A program made the position numbers and the translations under genes. From NCBI GenBank assembly GCA_002189035.1, contig NEEC01000013.1, positions 2,046,001 to 2,110,000 of the forward strand: DNA of 64,000 nt. The letters are read 5' to 3'. The notes beneath the pieces are model-generated. The model did no database searches. It saw only the letters and a list, made by a program, of their open reading frames with translations, and was not told the origin of the DNA. The stretch comes from Utricularia gibba. Lineage: Eukaryota > Plantae > Magnoliophyta. This document shows, piece after piece, positions 13,008 through 25,733 of the stretch (position 1 is its first letter; every line of letters starts with the position of its first letter).

Positions 13008-13978
13008 TATTTTTCCTGTTTCAAATCAAACAATTCCTGAGCATTACACAAATATCCATACTTGAAAAACAATAATTAGATCAGCCTACTGATCAATCCA
13101 ACAGAATCGCAAAACTTAGGCGCCCCTAGTTCCATTTCTCAAAAGCATGGCTCAAAATTGACGTGCGTATGAAGTTCTCTATTTAAAAGGACGGATTGCC
13201 TTGTTGCTTCTCAAGCGTCGTTACGAGTAGATTCTGTTTCTTTGTCGGGGCGTTTCCAGGAGAGGTCCACCTTTCCCAACTTCGCGCTTATCTCAAAATC
13301 CAAATAGCTCAATTTCCCAACCCAAAACTCGTCACAAACTATCAGGAAGCTTTAAAAGTGAAGAAAACCTAGCCCAGTTAAAATGCCCATTCAAGAAAAA
13401 AAAAGGATCCTTAAAACCATGAGTAGAATTGTTCTTCTTCTGCTCAAGAATTTGCCAGAACACCTTTCCAGAAACAAGAAAAAAGAAACCTAGACACCAA
13501 AAGTTTTCACTAAATCTTCATCACTTCAAATACATGAGAAAAGGACAGTGAAATACCCGGAAACTAGACGCAGCCCGAGAAGCCGACGAGGAACCAACCG
13601 GAAGCAGGAAAACCAACGCCGGAAAAGCTCGCCTACAGTGAGAACCCTAGGGTTCAAAAATGAGAATAAAGTTTTTACTATTATCATAAACAAATGTTAT
13701 TTCTACTATTACTCTATAATTATTATTATTATAAATATTTTCGAATTTTACTATATTACAAATAATATTAAAATCTTCTCCTCTGTAGCCCAACATGCTG
13801 CCAGAATTCTCCATAGAGAAGGTTAGGAATCGGAGGCACCTTGTTCCAAGTCACAAATATAAAGGCTGCATATATTCCACGGGCAAGAACCAAACAAACT
13901 ACAACAGGCAGCATTAGACTACTTGAACATCCCCATCAGCATAACATCCAACACATTCTCACGACTTATGATCATCTT

Positions 13979-15252
13979 TCAACTGGCCTTGCATAGGAGA
14001 TGCAGACTGCACAGGGATGACTTCATCATCATCACAAGGGGGCCTTGCTCGAAGTGTTCTTCTTCGGATACATGATTTGGGGAAGGTTGAATCTGTTCCT
14101 CAAGAGGGTATACTACCTCGGAGGCATCTTTTGGAGGGAGTTGTTCCCCGCTTTCGGTATTTTCGGGGTGAAAGTTGATGGGGAATTTGGTCACTCTGGG
14201 TTTATCAGCTAGTATGTTTCTCTGAATCCTGTCGATTAAGACCTTCTGAGGAGGTTCCTCTCGCAGCTGATCGTCTTCATAGTCATTGTTGACATAATAA
14301 CCCACTCGAACGAATTCTTGCCCCATGTATGAGCATGTTAACAAAAGTATTGTCACCCCTATGATATCTTCCTCCCGGATCTTGGAGGGATCTGGTGGAT
14401 CTGCCTGAGACAATTTTGAGGAGAGCATGAAAATGAATGCATTCGGATAGATGAAAATGATTTACATGTAAATTCATAGTCCATTCACCTGCAAGACAAA
14501 CCGGTAATTACCAACATTGACTGGGCCGACGAGAACACTTTCTAGCAGTTGGTCATATGTTTCATCCTCAGCAGATCCAACATAAATCAGTTTCCACTCC
14601 AAATCTGCAATGCAGCCGGTTAGTGGGGAACCCACAAGATTGTTCTCGGTGAAACAAATTCAGTGAACTAATGCATTCATGTGAAGCAATGAAACTCACA
14701 ACCATTATCGCAAATCCAACAGCTCAAATGAGTTGGAGACAAAAGAAATTCGATACACACTAGCATAAAACCAAGCATACATATGTTTTCCCCATGTTGA
14801 AGCACATGCAAAAGGAAACGGCAACTGTTAAGATAAGATTGTCCCTCCTGCTCAGGTTTCCCTATTTTGAAAACTCCTCTTCGAAAATGGTTAAGTCAAC
14901 CCTAGCTGCTTATCATTTGCAAAGTACAACGTTTCAATTCACGAAAAAGTTGGCATTTCCAGTATCCATATCATGAATAACCAGTTAGAAAAGAAAAAAA
15001 CGCAAACGCAAACTTAAATCCCTTTGGGAATCGAACCCTAGCTTTTCCCCGCAAGAACAAAAGGAGCACAAATTTCCCACACTAGCAAAACATACAACGC
15101 ACGTGCCAGCAAATAAGACGAAGCAAGTGAAGAAACAGATTACCGTCTTCCAGAGGGGTGACGCATTCGTAGGAAATCTCGAACTGAAAAGGAGTCAAAA
15201 ACGACGCCGGATTGTCCAGCACCGTGACGTTCGTGATGTACACCGCACTCAT
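13979..15252 (-). CDS. ASF1: Histone chaperone ASF1
   Basis: MSAVYITNVTVLDNPASFLTPFQFEISYEC from ATG 15252; LEWKLIYVGSAEDETYDQLLESVLVGPV; ADPPDPSKIREEDIIGVTILLLTCSYMGQEFVRVGYYVNN. Confidence 0.96.
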
Positions 15253-15490
15253 TCTACCTCAAACCGAGAGACGCAGAAACTTCAAACGGACGCCCAGCCG
15301 CCAATAAATTTCTTATCGAAAGGAACCGCCGGCCGGAAATCCTCCTCCTGGGAGCCCAAACTCACGATGCCGCGAAAGAGAGAGAAGATTTGAATCATAG
15401 AAGATAGAGAGAGGGCAATGAAATTAGGGAACCCGTTGCGTGTGATCGCTCACTTTTAAGCCCAAATTCGTTGAGTTAGCTTCAGACTTG

Positions 15491-15498
15491 GCGGGAAT
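15491..15498 (-). promoter_or_regulatory. E2F-type site (ATTCCCGC) upstream of ASF1
   Basis: GCGGGAAT on +, about 240 bp upstream of the ASF1 ATG, among several TGGGCY/GGCCCA site II motifs. Confidence 0.5.
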
Positions 15499-16455
15499 GA
15501 TGTTACTGGGCCTGCGCCGATTCAAACATTTGGAGCGTCCGGCCCATACATTTAAATGGGCCTGGGTCGAGAACATAAATCCAAATTTCCAATTGCATGG
15601 CGACACGTGGATCAACCAAAATAGCCAAAAGCGTTGGCAGGTGAAGTGAACTAAATGCGTGGACATTAATTAATTAGGTCCCAAGCCCAAATTTGTCATC
15701 ATAGGGGTCCCACCCTCCCGTATCAAGACGACGACGTTTACTGCTACAGGATTAATTACCTACCGTTGGAAGGTTAGCAGTTAATCCCACCTAATCTCAC
15801 TAATTACATCAAACTTTTAGCACAAATTCTAAGTGTTGAGTTTGAGAAACCAATCGATATTTTTTTTCTATAGTTTGTAAATTGAACACATGATCCAAAT
15901 ATTCATTTACATCGAATCGTATTAAAAAAATGTGATTTCAAGTTAAGAGTTCAACACTTCTATATTCTATGTTGAAATTAAAGATTTGATAAAATAAAAT
16001 TCAAGTATATAATAAATATAAATCATATTCAAAAAGATTGAATTCAATTTATTAATATTGATTTACAATCTTTTTATATATTTAATCATATTATTTTATT
16101 TTTTGATATAGAATTCTTTTGTTTTAATACTTTGATAACAACTAAAAGGTGTTTTACACACTGTTCATTTCCGATGTGATATCTTTTAAACTGTTATGTT
16201 TCATGCCACCCACAATATACCTCGATCACGTTAGTCTATGCTCGATACGATGTGATTCGAGACTCCAATTTTTGCATGATCCTGATTTTCAGTTTCTGTA
16301 AGACACGAGTAACTTATTCTTATTCAATGGAAGTATCATATATACAAAATTATGTATATATAAATAATTTAAATATATTATTAGTTAAGATATATATGTT
16401 TAAGTATTATTTATACTTGGGGTGAATGTTAGATTTGGTTATGTGTTGTAACGGG

Positions 16456-16590
16456 GACACAAAATAAGATAGCAATGGAGGAGGTAATAGAAAAGGACAG
16501 CAATTGTATAAATACAACACTGACACAAAATAAGATAGCAATGGAGGTAATAGAAAAGATCAGAACAGCAATTGTAGAAATACAGCACTG
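16456..16590. repeat. Imperfect tandem duplication (66 bp + 69 bp units) downstream of LTP-A
   Basis: GACACAAAATAAGATAGCAATGGAGG...TAATAGAAAAG...CAGCAATTGTA.AAATACA.CACT occurs at 16456-16521 and 16522-16590. Confidence 0.85.
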
Positions 16591-16674
16591 GTCCTTTCAT
16601 CAGATAAGGGCTCCAGGACGCCAAAGAGAACGCCTGGAGCCTCCCAGACTGCCTGCCACCCGCCCCTTGTCGCC

Positions 16675-17101
16675 TTAACGAACTCTTGAATTTTGCAAAA
16701 CAAGAAAAGAGAAATGGTTAGTGTGATTGCGGGAAGGATATGCCTGCAAATCCCAACTCCTGATTACCTGTTGCAGTCGATGGAGGGGATGATGGGATAG
16801 TTGAGGGGAACCCCACAAGCACGGGGAATGTTGGACGCCTTGGCAGCTGCCCCGGCGGTGTACCGGAAACCTTTCAAGCAGCTGCAGACGGCCCGGCGAT
16901 CAAGTGGAGTGGCGGCGCGTGAGTTGAGCTTTCTCACTCCGGCGCAGCATGCCGGCGGAGGGGTGGCAGGGGTCCTCCCCCGGTGACGTAGGAGAGGCAG
17001 GGAGCCAGGGTAGCGAACACAGTGCCGCAGTCGATGGCGCCCATCGTTCCTGGGGCTAAAATCAGGGCGATCAGGAGAATAATACTCAGCCTGGATGCCA
17101 T
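16675..17101 (-). pseudogene. Type I non-specific lipid transfer protein copy A, frameshifted as assembled
   Basis: MASRLSIILLIALILAPGTMGAIDCGTVFATLAPCLSYVTG, then a frame change near the C5 run at 16977-16981. The other frame gives PPPACCAGVRKLN...CSCLKG...CGVPLNYPIIPSIDCN. Intron 16767-16685, last mini-exon RVR*. Confidence 0.8.
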
Positions 17102-17875
17102 GGATTCGTTCTTGTATCTTTTTTTGCCTTGGATTGGATCAAATTTATAGATCAAAAAAGTATACCCTGACGTGACCCAATAATAAACAATATTTATTTT
17201 TTTGGTGGAATTTATTTATAACTGAAAATTAAAATAAAAGACCTGAATTCAGAAATTATTTTCGAACAACAAATCGACGAAAACAATTCTTATTTAATAA
17301 AATAAAATCAACATATGCACTTTTTGCATTTAATTATTAATTTACCCACAATTATAAGTGCTTCTATAGGTTTTATGCATTTATATCTTAAATAAATTAA
17401 TTCATGTAAATTATATTTGCACGGTAAATTCTTTTTCAATTAAATAACAATTTTTTATGTGTAAATGATGAGTCTTATAACAATCAACTGTTAACTGTTA
17501 CATTTGATATTAAATGGAAAGATAACGACTATTTAAAAAGAATAATTACTTTTTCATTTCTATCCTTTTTGGAGCATTATTTTAATATTTCAGACAGCAA
17601 TCTCGGAAATTTGTAAGGTTTTCTCCTGGTTTTTTTTTACTGTCTGTTTTCACTCCTTTAGAAGTCGTAGACAAGAAGGAAATCTATGAAGGTATGGTAA
17701 ATGGGTAAATGTTATTCCAGTAACACTATGGAAATCAAGCATACAAACTGGCGACACAGTGGATGGCTGCATCTGAGGGAGGAGATGCAGTGCAGTTCCT
17801 TTATTTTATGAAAGACTCTCAGTCATACTACTGGCTTCATCCATGGCCGGCTGATTCCAGCTCCCAGGTCTTCTT

Positions 17876-18347
17876 TCAAGAAACACTGCAAAAAAAACAA
17901 AGGATGCTATTCAGGCAATGTGATGTGATGATAATATTTCGGGTGACTTTGGAATGAGTGATTCTGTGTGTGTGATTTGTGGGGCAATGGATCGTACGTG
18001 TTGCAGTTGACTCTGGGGTTGATGGCGTAGCCGACGCGGACGCCGCAGGCAGCCGGAATCCGAGAGGCCTTGCCAAGGGCGCCGGGGTTGTTGCCGTACG
18101 CGGCGGAGGCGCTTTTCAGGCACCCGCAAATGGTACGACGGGCCGGGGTGGTGGCGGCGAGTGTGTTCAACGTCCTGACTCCGCTGCAGCATGGCTTCGG
18201 AATCGCGGAGTCCGAACCGAGAGCGTAGCTGATGCAGGGAGACAGGTTTTTCAGCACATCGCCGCAGGTGACGGCGGACGCCACCGGGGCGAAGATCAGA
18301 GCAGTGGCGATGAGGGCGAAGAAGAGAGACCTCACCAGGGCGGCCAT
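17876..18347 (-). CDS. Type I nsLTP copy B
   Basis: Signal peptide MAALVRSLFFALIATALIFAPVASA; 8-Cys pattern C..C..CC..CGC..C..C; intron 17997-17886; terminal mini-exon (T)VS*. TATATAAA upstream at about 18396-18403. Confidence 0.93.
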
Positions 18348-18840
18348 TGAAGCTCTTTTCTTTTTTTCAGTGAAGTCCACTCCATCACTACAGGTGTTTA
18401 TATAGAATCGCATCGGTGGTGCAGCGCAATCAATTGATAGGCACAGGTGTCGGCTACGGGCGGTTGGAGGATGGAGCCGCCGTAAATGCTCGAGAATTAC
18501 GTTACGGCAAACTATTCCAACTTCCCATAAAACAGATGACGAATTTCAACCTCGTTTTGATCACTCTGTCTTAAACACACATTCAGAGCCAGTTTGAAAA
18601 AGGGCTTGCTGATCCAGATCAGTAACCACTTAGTTTGCTCATGTTGGGGCTAAAAATGATCAAACAGGTAAAGTTGTAGAAATTGCGGTTTCGATTTCAA
18701 TTCAATTCTGAAATATGAATAATTGTACTCTTTCGAAATGTTTAGAGATATTTGAAATCGGGAAACCGCACTTTAAAATCAATGATAATCGAAAGTTCTC
18801 TCAATTTCGTTTTTAAATAACTAACACACTGTGTTATGGT

Positions 18841-19056
18841 TAGAGGTGCAATCCATTTCAAATCGTACGGTTTCGGTTTCGGTTTGGAATTGCATGGTTT
18901 AACCGAACCATCGATTCATGAACCATGATTCGATGTGGACCATGATTTTTCTTTTGGTTTGAAATTGTATTCTGAAATCTGGAATCGAACGTATGGATGT
19001 TCACATCTTGGAACCAAAACCGTCGGTTTCGATTTCGAACCGATAGCTTCACCCCA
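18841..19056. mobile_element. Possible degenerate hAT-like MITE between LTP-B and LTP-C
   Basis: Begins TAGAGGTG and ends near CACCCC; internal GGTTTCGGTTTCGG and AACCGA-type subterminal repeats; no clear 8-bp TSD. Confidence 0.3.
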
Positions 19057-19388
19057 CTTTCTATTCACTTGGGCTTTGTGGGGAGTGGGCTTTGTGAATG
19101 AGAAGGTTTGCCCCCACATATACATAGGACATGTCGTGTAGGGAGGCGGCTAATGAGTAAAACGACTTCACATGTGTGTGCAGGGGGTGAATGTCATGTG
19201 CTATAAATCCGGACACATTACATTCGTAACTCCAACATAGTACAATACAAACATGATGAGAAAGCAGACACACGGATAACTGATGCATCTCAATCTGAGC
19301 TCCCGCTCCCTTTATTGTAGTCTGATACCATTTCCTTCCACCAGATGAAGATTCCGGCGAAGCCCCACCGTGCTACCTCATCTCCGGT

Positions 19389-19827
19389 TCAATAAATACT
19401 AGACAAAAAGAAACACAGGGAGCAATTAGTGGTTTGCAGAAATGAAAATGAAGTCTGATGATATTTCCCTGTACCTGTTGCAGTTGACGTTGGGGCTAAT
19501 CGAGTACCGAACGCTGACGCCGCAGAAGCTGGGAATACGGGAGGCCTTGTAAAGGTAGGCAGGGTTGCCGCCGCGGGATCCCGACAGAGATTTCAAGCAG
19601 CTGCAAATGGAGCGCCGGTCGGCCGTCGTCGCGGCGAGTGCGTTGAGGCTCCTCACGCCGCTGCAGCAGGCTGGGGGGATAACCGGAGATGAACCTAGAG
19701 CGTAGGCGAAGCACGACCCCAGACTCGAAACCACCTGCCCGCAGGTGACCACAGCCGACGCCGTCGGTGCCGAGACGATGGCGGCGGCGGCGAGGGCGAT
19801 GAAAAAGAACTTGAAAACGGCGGCCAT
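19389..19827 (-). CDS. Type I nsLTP copy C
   Basis: MAAVFKFFFIALAAAAIVSAPTASA signal peptide; 8-Cys motif; intron 19474-19399; last exon (S)IY*. CTATATAAAT at about 19899-19908. Confidence 0.93.
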
Positions 19828-22800
19828 CGGCTGATTTCTGCCCCTTCGTGCTCTACTATCTTGAAACGTTGGTGACTCCTCTTAGCCCACGCAACCCGAT
19901 TTATATAGAGAGGCCAGTGCCCAATACCCTCAACATCGTCTTCTTTTTTCTTACTTTTTTAAAAATAAAAAAATTCAAATTTGATAAATTCTAAAATTTG
20001 TGTAACAAATAACGATCTCACAATAAAAAAAACATTAATATCGGTATTTGTAACCTTAGGGGACTTGTGATGATATACCACAATGGTTACTAATGAGATA
20101 AAAGATGTGATTAAGTAGAATAATTTTTAATAAATAATATAAAATTATAAAAATTAAATATCCAAAACGTATAATATCGTGCAAAACAAAAATGAATCAT
20201 TACAATATTGATCCCCAATATAACATATGATATAGAACTGAAGAAATAAAATGCAGTCACAGTCGAATATTAGACCATAGTTTTGGACAAGTGATCGTAG
20301 ATTATAACACGTTATTTAGTATTTGCATAAAATAATAATAACATGCTTTTCATAAATATAAAATAATGTAATCTAGGGTGCACAGGTAGCAAGCGAAGCA
20401 CATGAATGCTTGAAATGACGTACGGGCCCATGACTGATTTTATTTTATTATTTTTCCAAATATCTTTTAGCTAAATATATTTATATTTAATTATTCATTT
20501 ATGAAAAAGTGATTTTTTTAATATTACAGAACATATTTTGAAATTTGGTTTCTTGAAAATGGATCGGCGTTGGGAGGTTACCGGGCTAATTAATTGCGTG
20601 TGGGGTCCACCACAATAATTAACCATGAATTAAGACAAAAAAGGTAGATCAACTATTACTATCGTTCCTCTGTGACGGTTATATCTTTTAAAATTAAATT
20701 AAATAAAATATCTAATCACGAAAATTACGTGATTTCGTCTTATTTTTATAAAGAAACTTAATAATTGTAGATTTGAAATTTTTCATGATATTTTATATCT
20801 TATAATACATCTAATTTAAAATTAATTCAATCCAAAACGATGGTTAACTGGTTTTTTTAAACACTCTCTAGATTTGACAATCGAGAGGACAACTGCCTTG
20901 ATGACGGGGACAAACATTTTTGCGACGCGGTGTCCGTGTCGCCTTGAATTATTTTTCTTATTAAAAAAAGAATTAAGGATTAACCTTTTCAGCCTTCTAA
21001 ATATGACGTCACTAATTATCAACAAAATTATTTTCATTTAAAATTTTGTGGATTTAAAGCATTGAATTCACGTACGGAAAGCACGGTAGTAAGGCATGGC
21101 CTAGAGATTCATGTAGCCCACTATGAATGGTCCAATATCCGTTCATGTAGGCCTATTGGGCCACATGCCTTCAGCCCAACGGGCCTAGTACCCCAGCCCC
21201 TGACGTTGACGGTTATGACTTATGGTGAATTAATTAAGTTTCAAAACTATATATTAATATGAAATATCAATAATGAATGACCTATTTTCCACACTGACGT
21301 TAATGTTTTTAATTTTTATATTTCTGGAGTGAGAATCCATAACAACCATTTATTAAATTAATATTTAAATAGGTTTAAGTGATTGATGGTTGTTGGCACG
21401 AGTCCGTCCATCTATTTTTCGAATTTCCTAAATTTTGAGTAAAGATAATTATAAGTTATTATAACAAATAATATCATGTCAATATTTAAATTAAAATAAT
21501 TAAATATAAATAAGAAAATATAGATTACTATTAATCGATTAGATCTAATTTTTTAATATGATATATAATTATCATATATTTGAATTTTATGTGTTAATTA
21601 GATATATCAAATCTTTAATTTCAACATAATTCAATCACAGTTATCCACAAGGCTCATATACTAGAGATAATTACGAGGAGACAAATAATATTTTTTTGTA
21701 AAAAAACATTTTGGGTATAAAAATTTTTCTTTGCAATGAATTGATGATTCTGATAAGGCTTATTGCAGCAGAGTAGTCAACAGAGCACACATGTCCCTCT
21801 GTCCTCGAGGGCCCCACCCCGTGACTTAATGGTCATTGGAAACGGTGCGAAACGTGCATCCATTTTTGTCTTTTTGCATTCCCCAATTTACTATACAATA
21901 ATATGGAATTTTTACTTTTAAATAAAAATTCATTCATATATTTGTAATGTGCAATGATTTGAGACATTGTGCCAATTTCGGGAAAAAAAATTCCAAAATT
22001 TCTGAAAATAAAAGGTTGCTTTGAACGGGATGATATTTTTTGTTTAATAAAATAAGCAGGAATTTAATAATGATGAAGACCTAGAATTGAATTGGAGAGT
22101 AGTTGTCACATTCCATGAATGTCTGTCTTGTGATACTTCCTTTTCCTTGCTTTTTTTTTATTCCTATAAATCAGTTTTGTTACCTCATTACCGTTACCGA
22201 CAGTTTTAAATGGGTGGGTGGGTTATATTTGGATAATTAACTCTAGATATATACTAAATCAAGGGTCAAAAGAATTATATTTTTTGATATTGAAATAAAT
22301 AAATTGTATTCTTTATTAGTTAATTTGATGGAAGATTGTGTCAAAAAATTTTATAACTTGATAGAAGATTAATTTTAAGATATGATGAGAAGTTAGTTAA
22401 TAATGTACTGTTTATGGTAAGGAATTGAAATCAATGATAGATGATAACTTATGATATGTGAGAAGGAATGTAAATGGTGCTAGAAAGTAATTCATCTTAC
22501 TTTAGTCAAATGCAAGGAGTTAAAAAAATATTTTGAAAGTACAATGTGATGACAATCCACATCAATAATGGAATCAACATGAGACATAGATGTAGCTACA
22601 TCTTATTATACAAGGGATGTTATGAAATTGAAAATGACTATAAAAGTTATTTCATATATTGCATTATGTACGATTTGAAGTCGAAAAAATATAAAAAAAA
22701 CTTAAAATTTTTACTATTCGACATTGAAATTAGTAAACAATATACAATTTTATGAAATATTAATGGACAGATACATAAAACTAATATATTTGATAAAATT

Positions 22801-24957
22801 CTCATACAATAAAAAGACATTTCTTTACCATTAAATTTGTTATTTTTTTTACGCCTTCTGGTTATTTTATTTGAAGGTGGTGGGTGGTCAAGTAAAAAAA
22901 AGTTTTTTTCTGAAAAAAACAACGTGAAAAAAAAAAAAAGGGAAATGAACAACTTGGGCGGCGAGGCCCCTACCTGCCCCCCGGGTGTGTCCGTCGGCCG
23001 ATCGAATCAACCGGTTTTCTTGTGTTTGATTTGTCCGAACATGGCATCTGTCGGTTTTGAGTAGTATTATTACCTCACAGTTTACTTGGATTCCTAAGCA
23101 GCGTTGGCCGGGTGCAGGTCACCCGCATGGCCGATCCTTGAAGCGTTAAATGATGGAGGGGGCGAACGTGATGGTGGTTGGCCGCAGAAGTTGACCGGCG
23201 GGGTGAGGAGACAAATCCCACATCAAGATCTCTTGTCCCACGATCAGACAGCCCCTTTACTGTCTGCAACCCGTCTGAACCACTCACATTGCATACCCAG
23301 TCTGCAATGTAATGTCACCACCCAGGGTTTAGAAATTCAGGACTGAATCTCATCTCCACGACGGAGAGAACCGGCGAGCGGACCGGTTCACCGGTAACCA
23401 ACCGGCGTCCATCCAAATTTGCCACTGGATTGATTCCCGTTGGCGGAGCGCAATAAATTTGCCCGCACGCGCGCCGGCCCACCCCCGTCCCCGCCCCATG
23501 TGCCTTATCTGAACGCGATGACACTGATTAATAATATAATATTCCGAATGTCTTTTTTTGTTTCCAGTAATAAATAAGTAGGAAAAAAAAGCCCTTTGTG
23601 TACTTTATTATTTACCCCATTTTCAAATACAAAATGTTACTAAATTAGCATTGCCCAATTTTTTAAACTAGATCAATTGGAATTGGAATGCAAGGAGAGT
23701 AGTATAGTAATGAAAAATTGAATATATTTAAATAATTGATTCTCATAATTTTGTACGAAGTTTTTTTTCGAAATAAAATAATGTAAAATTGTAAAGTTTG
23801 AGTATTCAAATCGGATAATAAATCGTGCAATACGAGTATGGATCGTCGTTTTTATGAGGATCTAAGGTCTTGGTGCATCTTGTAGCTTAATGGACGTAAA
23901 TGGGAAGCTCGTGGGTGCATTGGGAGGACATGGTCACGGGTGGGGAGGTGTCGCAGTAAAATCCCTTGCCTTGTCTCGCTTCGGCTTGTCATCTCATTCT
24001 AACACACTTTCACGTGCAAAAAAATTCCAGCCGTACACGTCGATTACCCCCGACAACCTCTCGCCTCTGCTCCACACTGCACACGTAAGCAACCCATAAA
24101 TGAAAAAAAGCAAGTGTTCGCCCATTGGATATGATTTTCAAAAAAAGTTTTGTTATTAAATTTAGATTTTATTTGAAACAGAATTATTTTTATTTTTTAC
24201 CAAAATGTAATATAAGTAGTTTGGTGAAGATATACCACATTGGTTACTCACAAGGAATAAGATGTGGTTAAATAAATTGACATTTTTAATATTATATGAA
24301 GTATTTTTATCAAAATGATAAAATATAAAAAAGCATACAATATATAGTCTTTTCATACAAAGCATACAATATAGTCTTTTCATAATAAAGTAATGTTTGT
24401 CATAATATATATGATTTTCAAATATAGTTTTTTTTATTAATTTATATTTTATTTGAAACCAAATTAGTTTTTTTTTTTTTACCGAATATAAGATAGGGTA
24501 TTTGATAGCACTATCTCATATTGATTATGGACAGTATAATAGATATTATTAAATATATAGAAATTACTAATTTTGTACAGGATATTTTTCTCAAAAATCA
24601 ATAACATCAATTCTTGAAGATTACATGCCTAAAAACGGCAAATATAGTATAACAAGATTGTAGTTCCTAACATTTGGATGACGAGAGATTTTTACTTTAA
24701 AAACTTCTTTTTTTTTTTTTACTTTTGACAACGCATTTTTTATTTTATCAAAATCAATTTTCGAAAATTTATAATTTTTCAAAAAATTATATAAAATAGA
24801 ACTAAATATATCACAACATTCTTTTAGAATTTTTTTTAAAGCTAATGCGTCATAATTTTTACATGGGATTAAAAAGAATAAAATGATGAGTATGAATGGT
24901 ATTACATATAATATATTTTCAATACCTAATATTGGGACAGCACGATGTACACTAAAA

Positions 24958-25733
24958 CTAGGTGACGTCACTTGGCCTGGGAGCAACGAAGTCAAACCAG
25001 AGCTGCTTGAAGACGGTGATGATGAGATCGTGGTATTGCTCTGAGTTCAGGGACAGGTACCGAGCGAGGAGCTCCTCCAGCTCCCTGCTGTCCCTCAGAT
25101 CATTCTCCACGATCATCTCCACCATCGATTCCATGAAGTCTCTCCGGGGATCTCTGGAGGACTTCACCACCGCGACGCCGCGCCGCCTGTCGCTCCTCCC
25201 CCGGACCCGGGGGTGTTGGTCCGGAGCCTGACGCCGTTGCGGGGGGAGACCACGGATTTGCTTCGCCGCCTCGGCACTGAGCACTCCTCCTCTTCTTTGG
25301 TGATGATGGGGTGCAGGGAGTTCTGGAAGGCGAGGACAGTGTCGGACACGGAGGTGCTCCGCCGCGTCGTCCGCTGTGATTTCCGCGGCGGCTGTTTGGA
25401 GGAGTCGATGTTCCGGGTGAAGTAGTTGGATTTTCTGTGGGAGGAGGAGATGGAAGATGAAGCAGAGGAGGCCAGGGATGAAGAGAAAACCGACGGGGAC
25501 GGGCTGCTGTTGATGGTGCTCCCGCCGGGTTCCTTCTTACCCTTATGCTTAGGTTTAGGGTTGTTGGGTTTGGTCAGGTTGAAGATCCAGGAGAAGGGAA
25601 TGCCTCTCCGTCCCAATCTGAGCTTCTGATCAGTAGCAGCAGCAGCAGCAGCAGCAGCAGAAGAAGAAGAAGAAGAAGACGAAGCCGTGAAGCAAGCAAC
25701 CCACCACTGGTCAAGCGAGGAGGAGCGCCTCAT
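24958..25733 (-). CDS. OVATE family protein (OFP), split by a 1-nt frameshift as assembled
   Basis: N-terminal frame (IPFSWIFNL...GVRLRTNTP) and C-terminal OVATE domain ([24 protein letters not shown]...[28 protein letters not shown]) lie in different frames. Adding one base to the 5-mer runs at 25209-25213 or 25198-25202 joins them. Confidence 0.85.
25635..25678. repeat. Compound (AGC)n(GAA)n microsatellite encoding poly-Ser/poly-Ala in the OFP N-terminus
   Basis: AGC repeats followed directly by GAA repeats. Confidence 0.9.

Noticed and set aside
22761-22998. Possible MITE ending GGCCCCTACCTGCCCCCCGGGTGTGTCCGTC
   Set aside because: Terminal inverted repeat only partly matches and no TSD found.
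23890-24099. 69-aa ORF and several TGTCNN motifs downstream of OFP
   Set aside because: No recognisable domain, and hexamer AuxRE-like matches are expected by chance.
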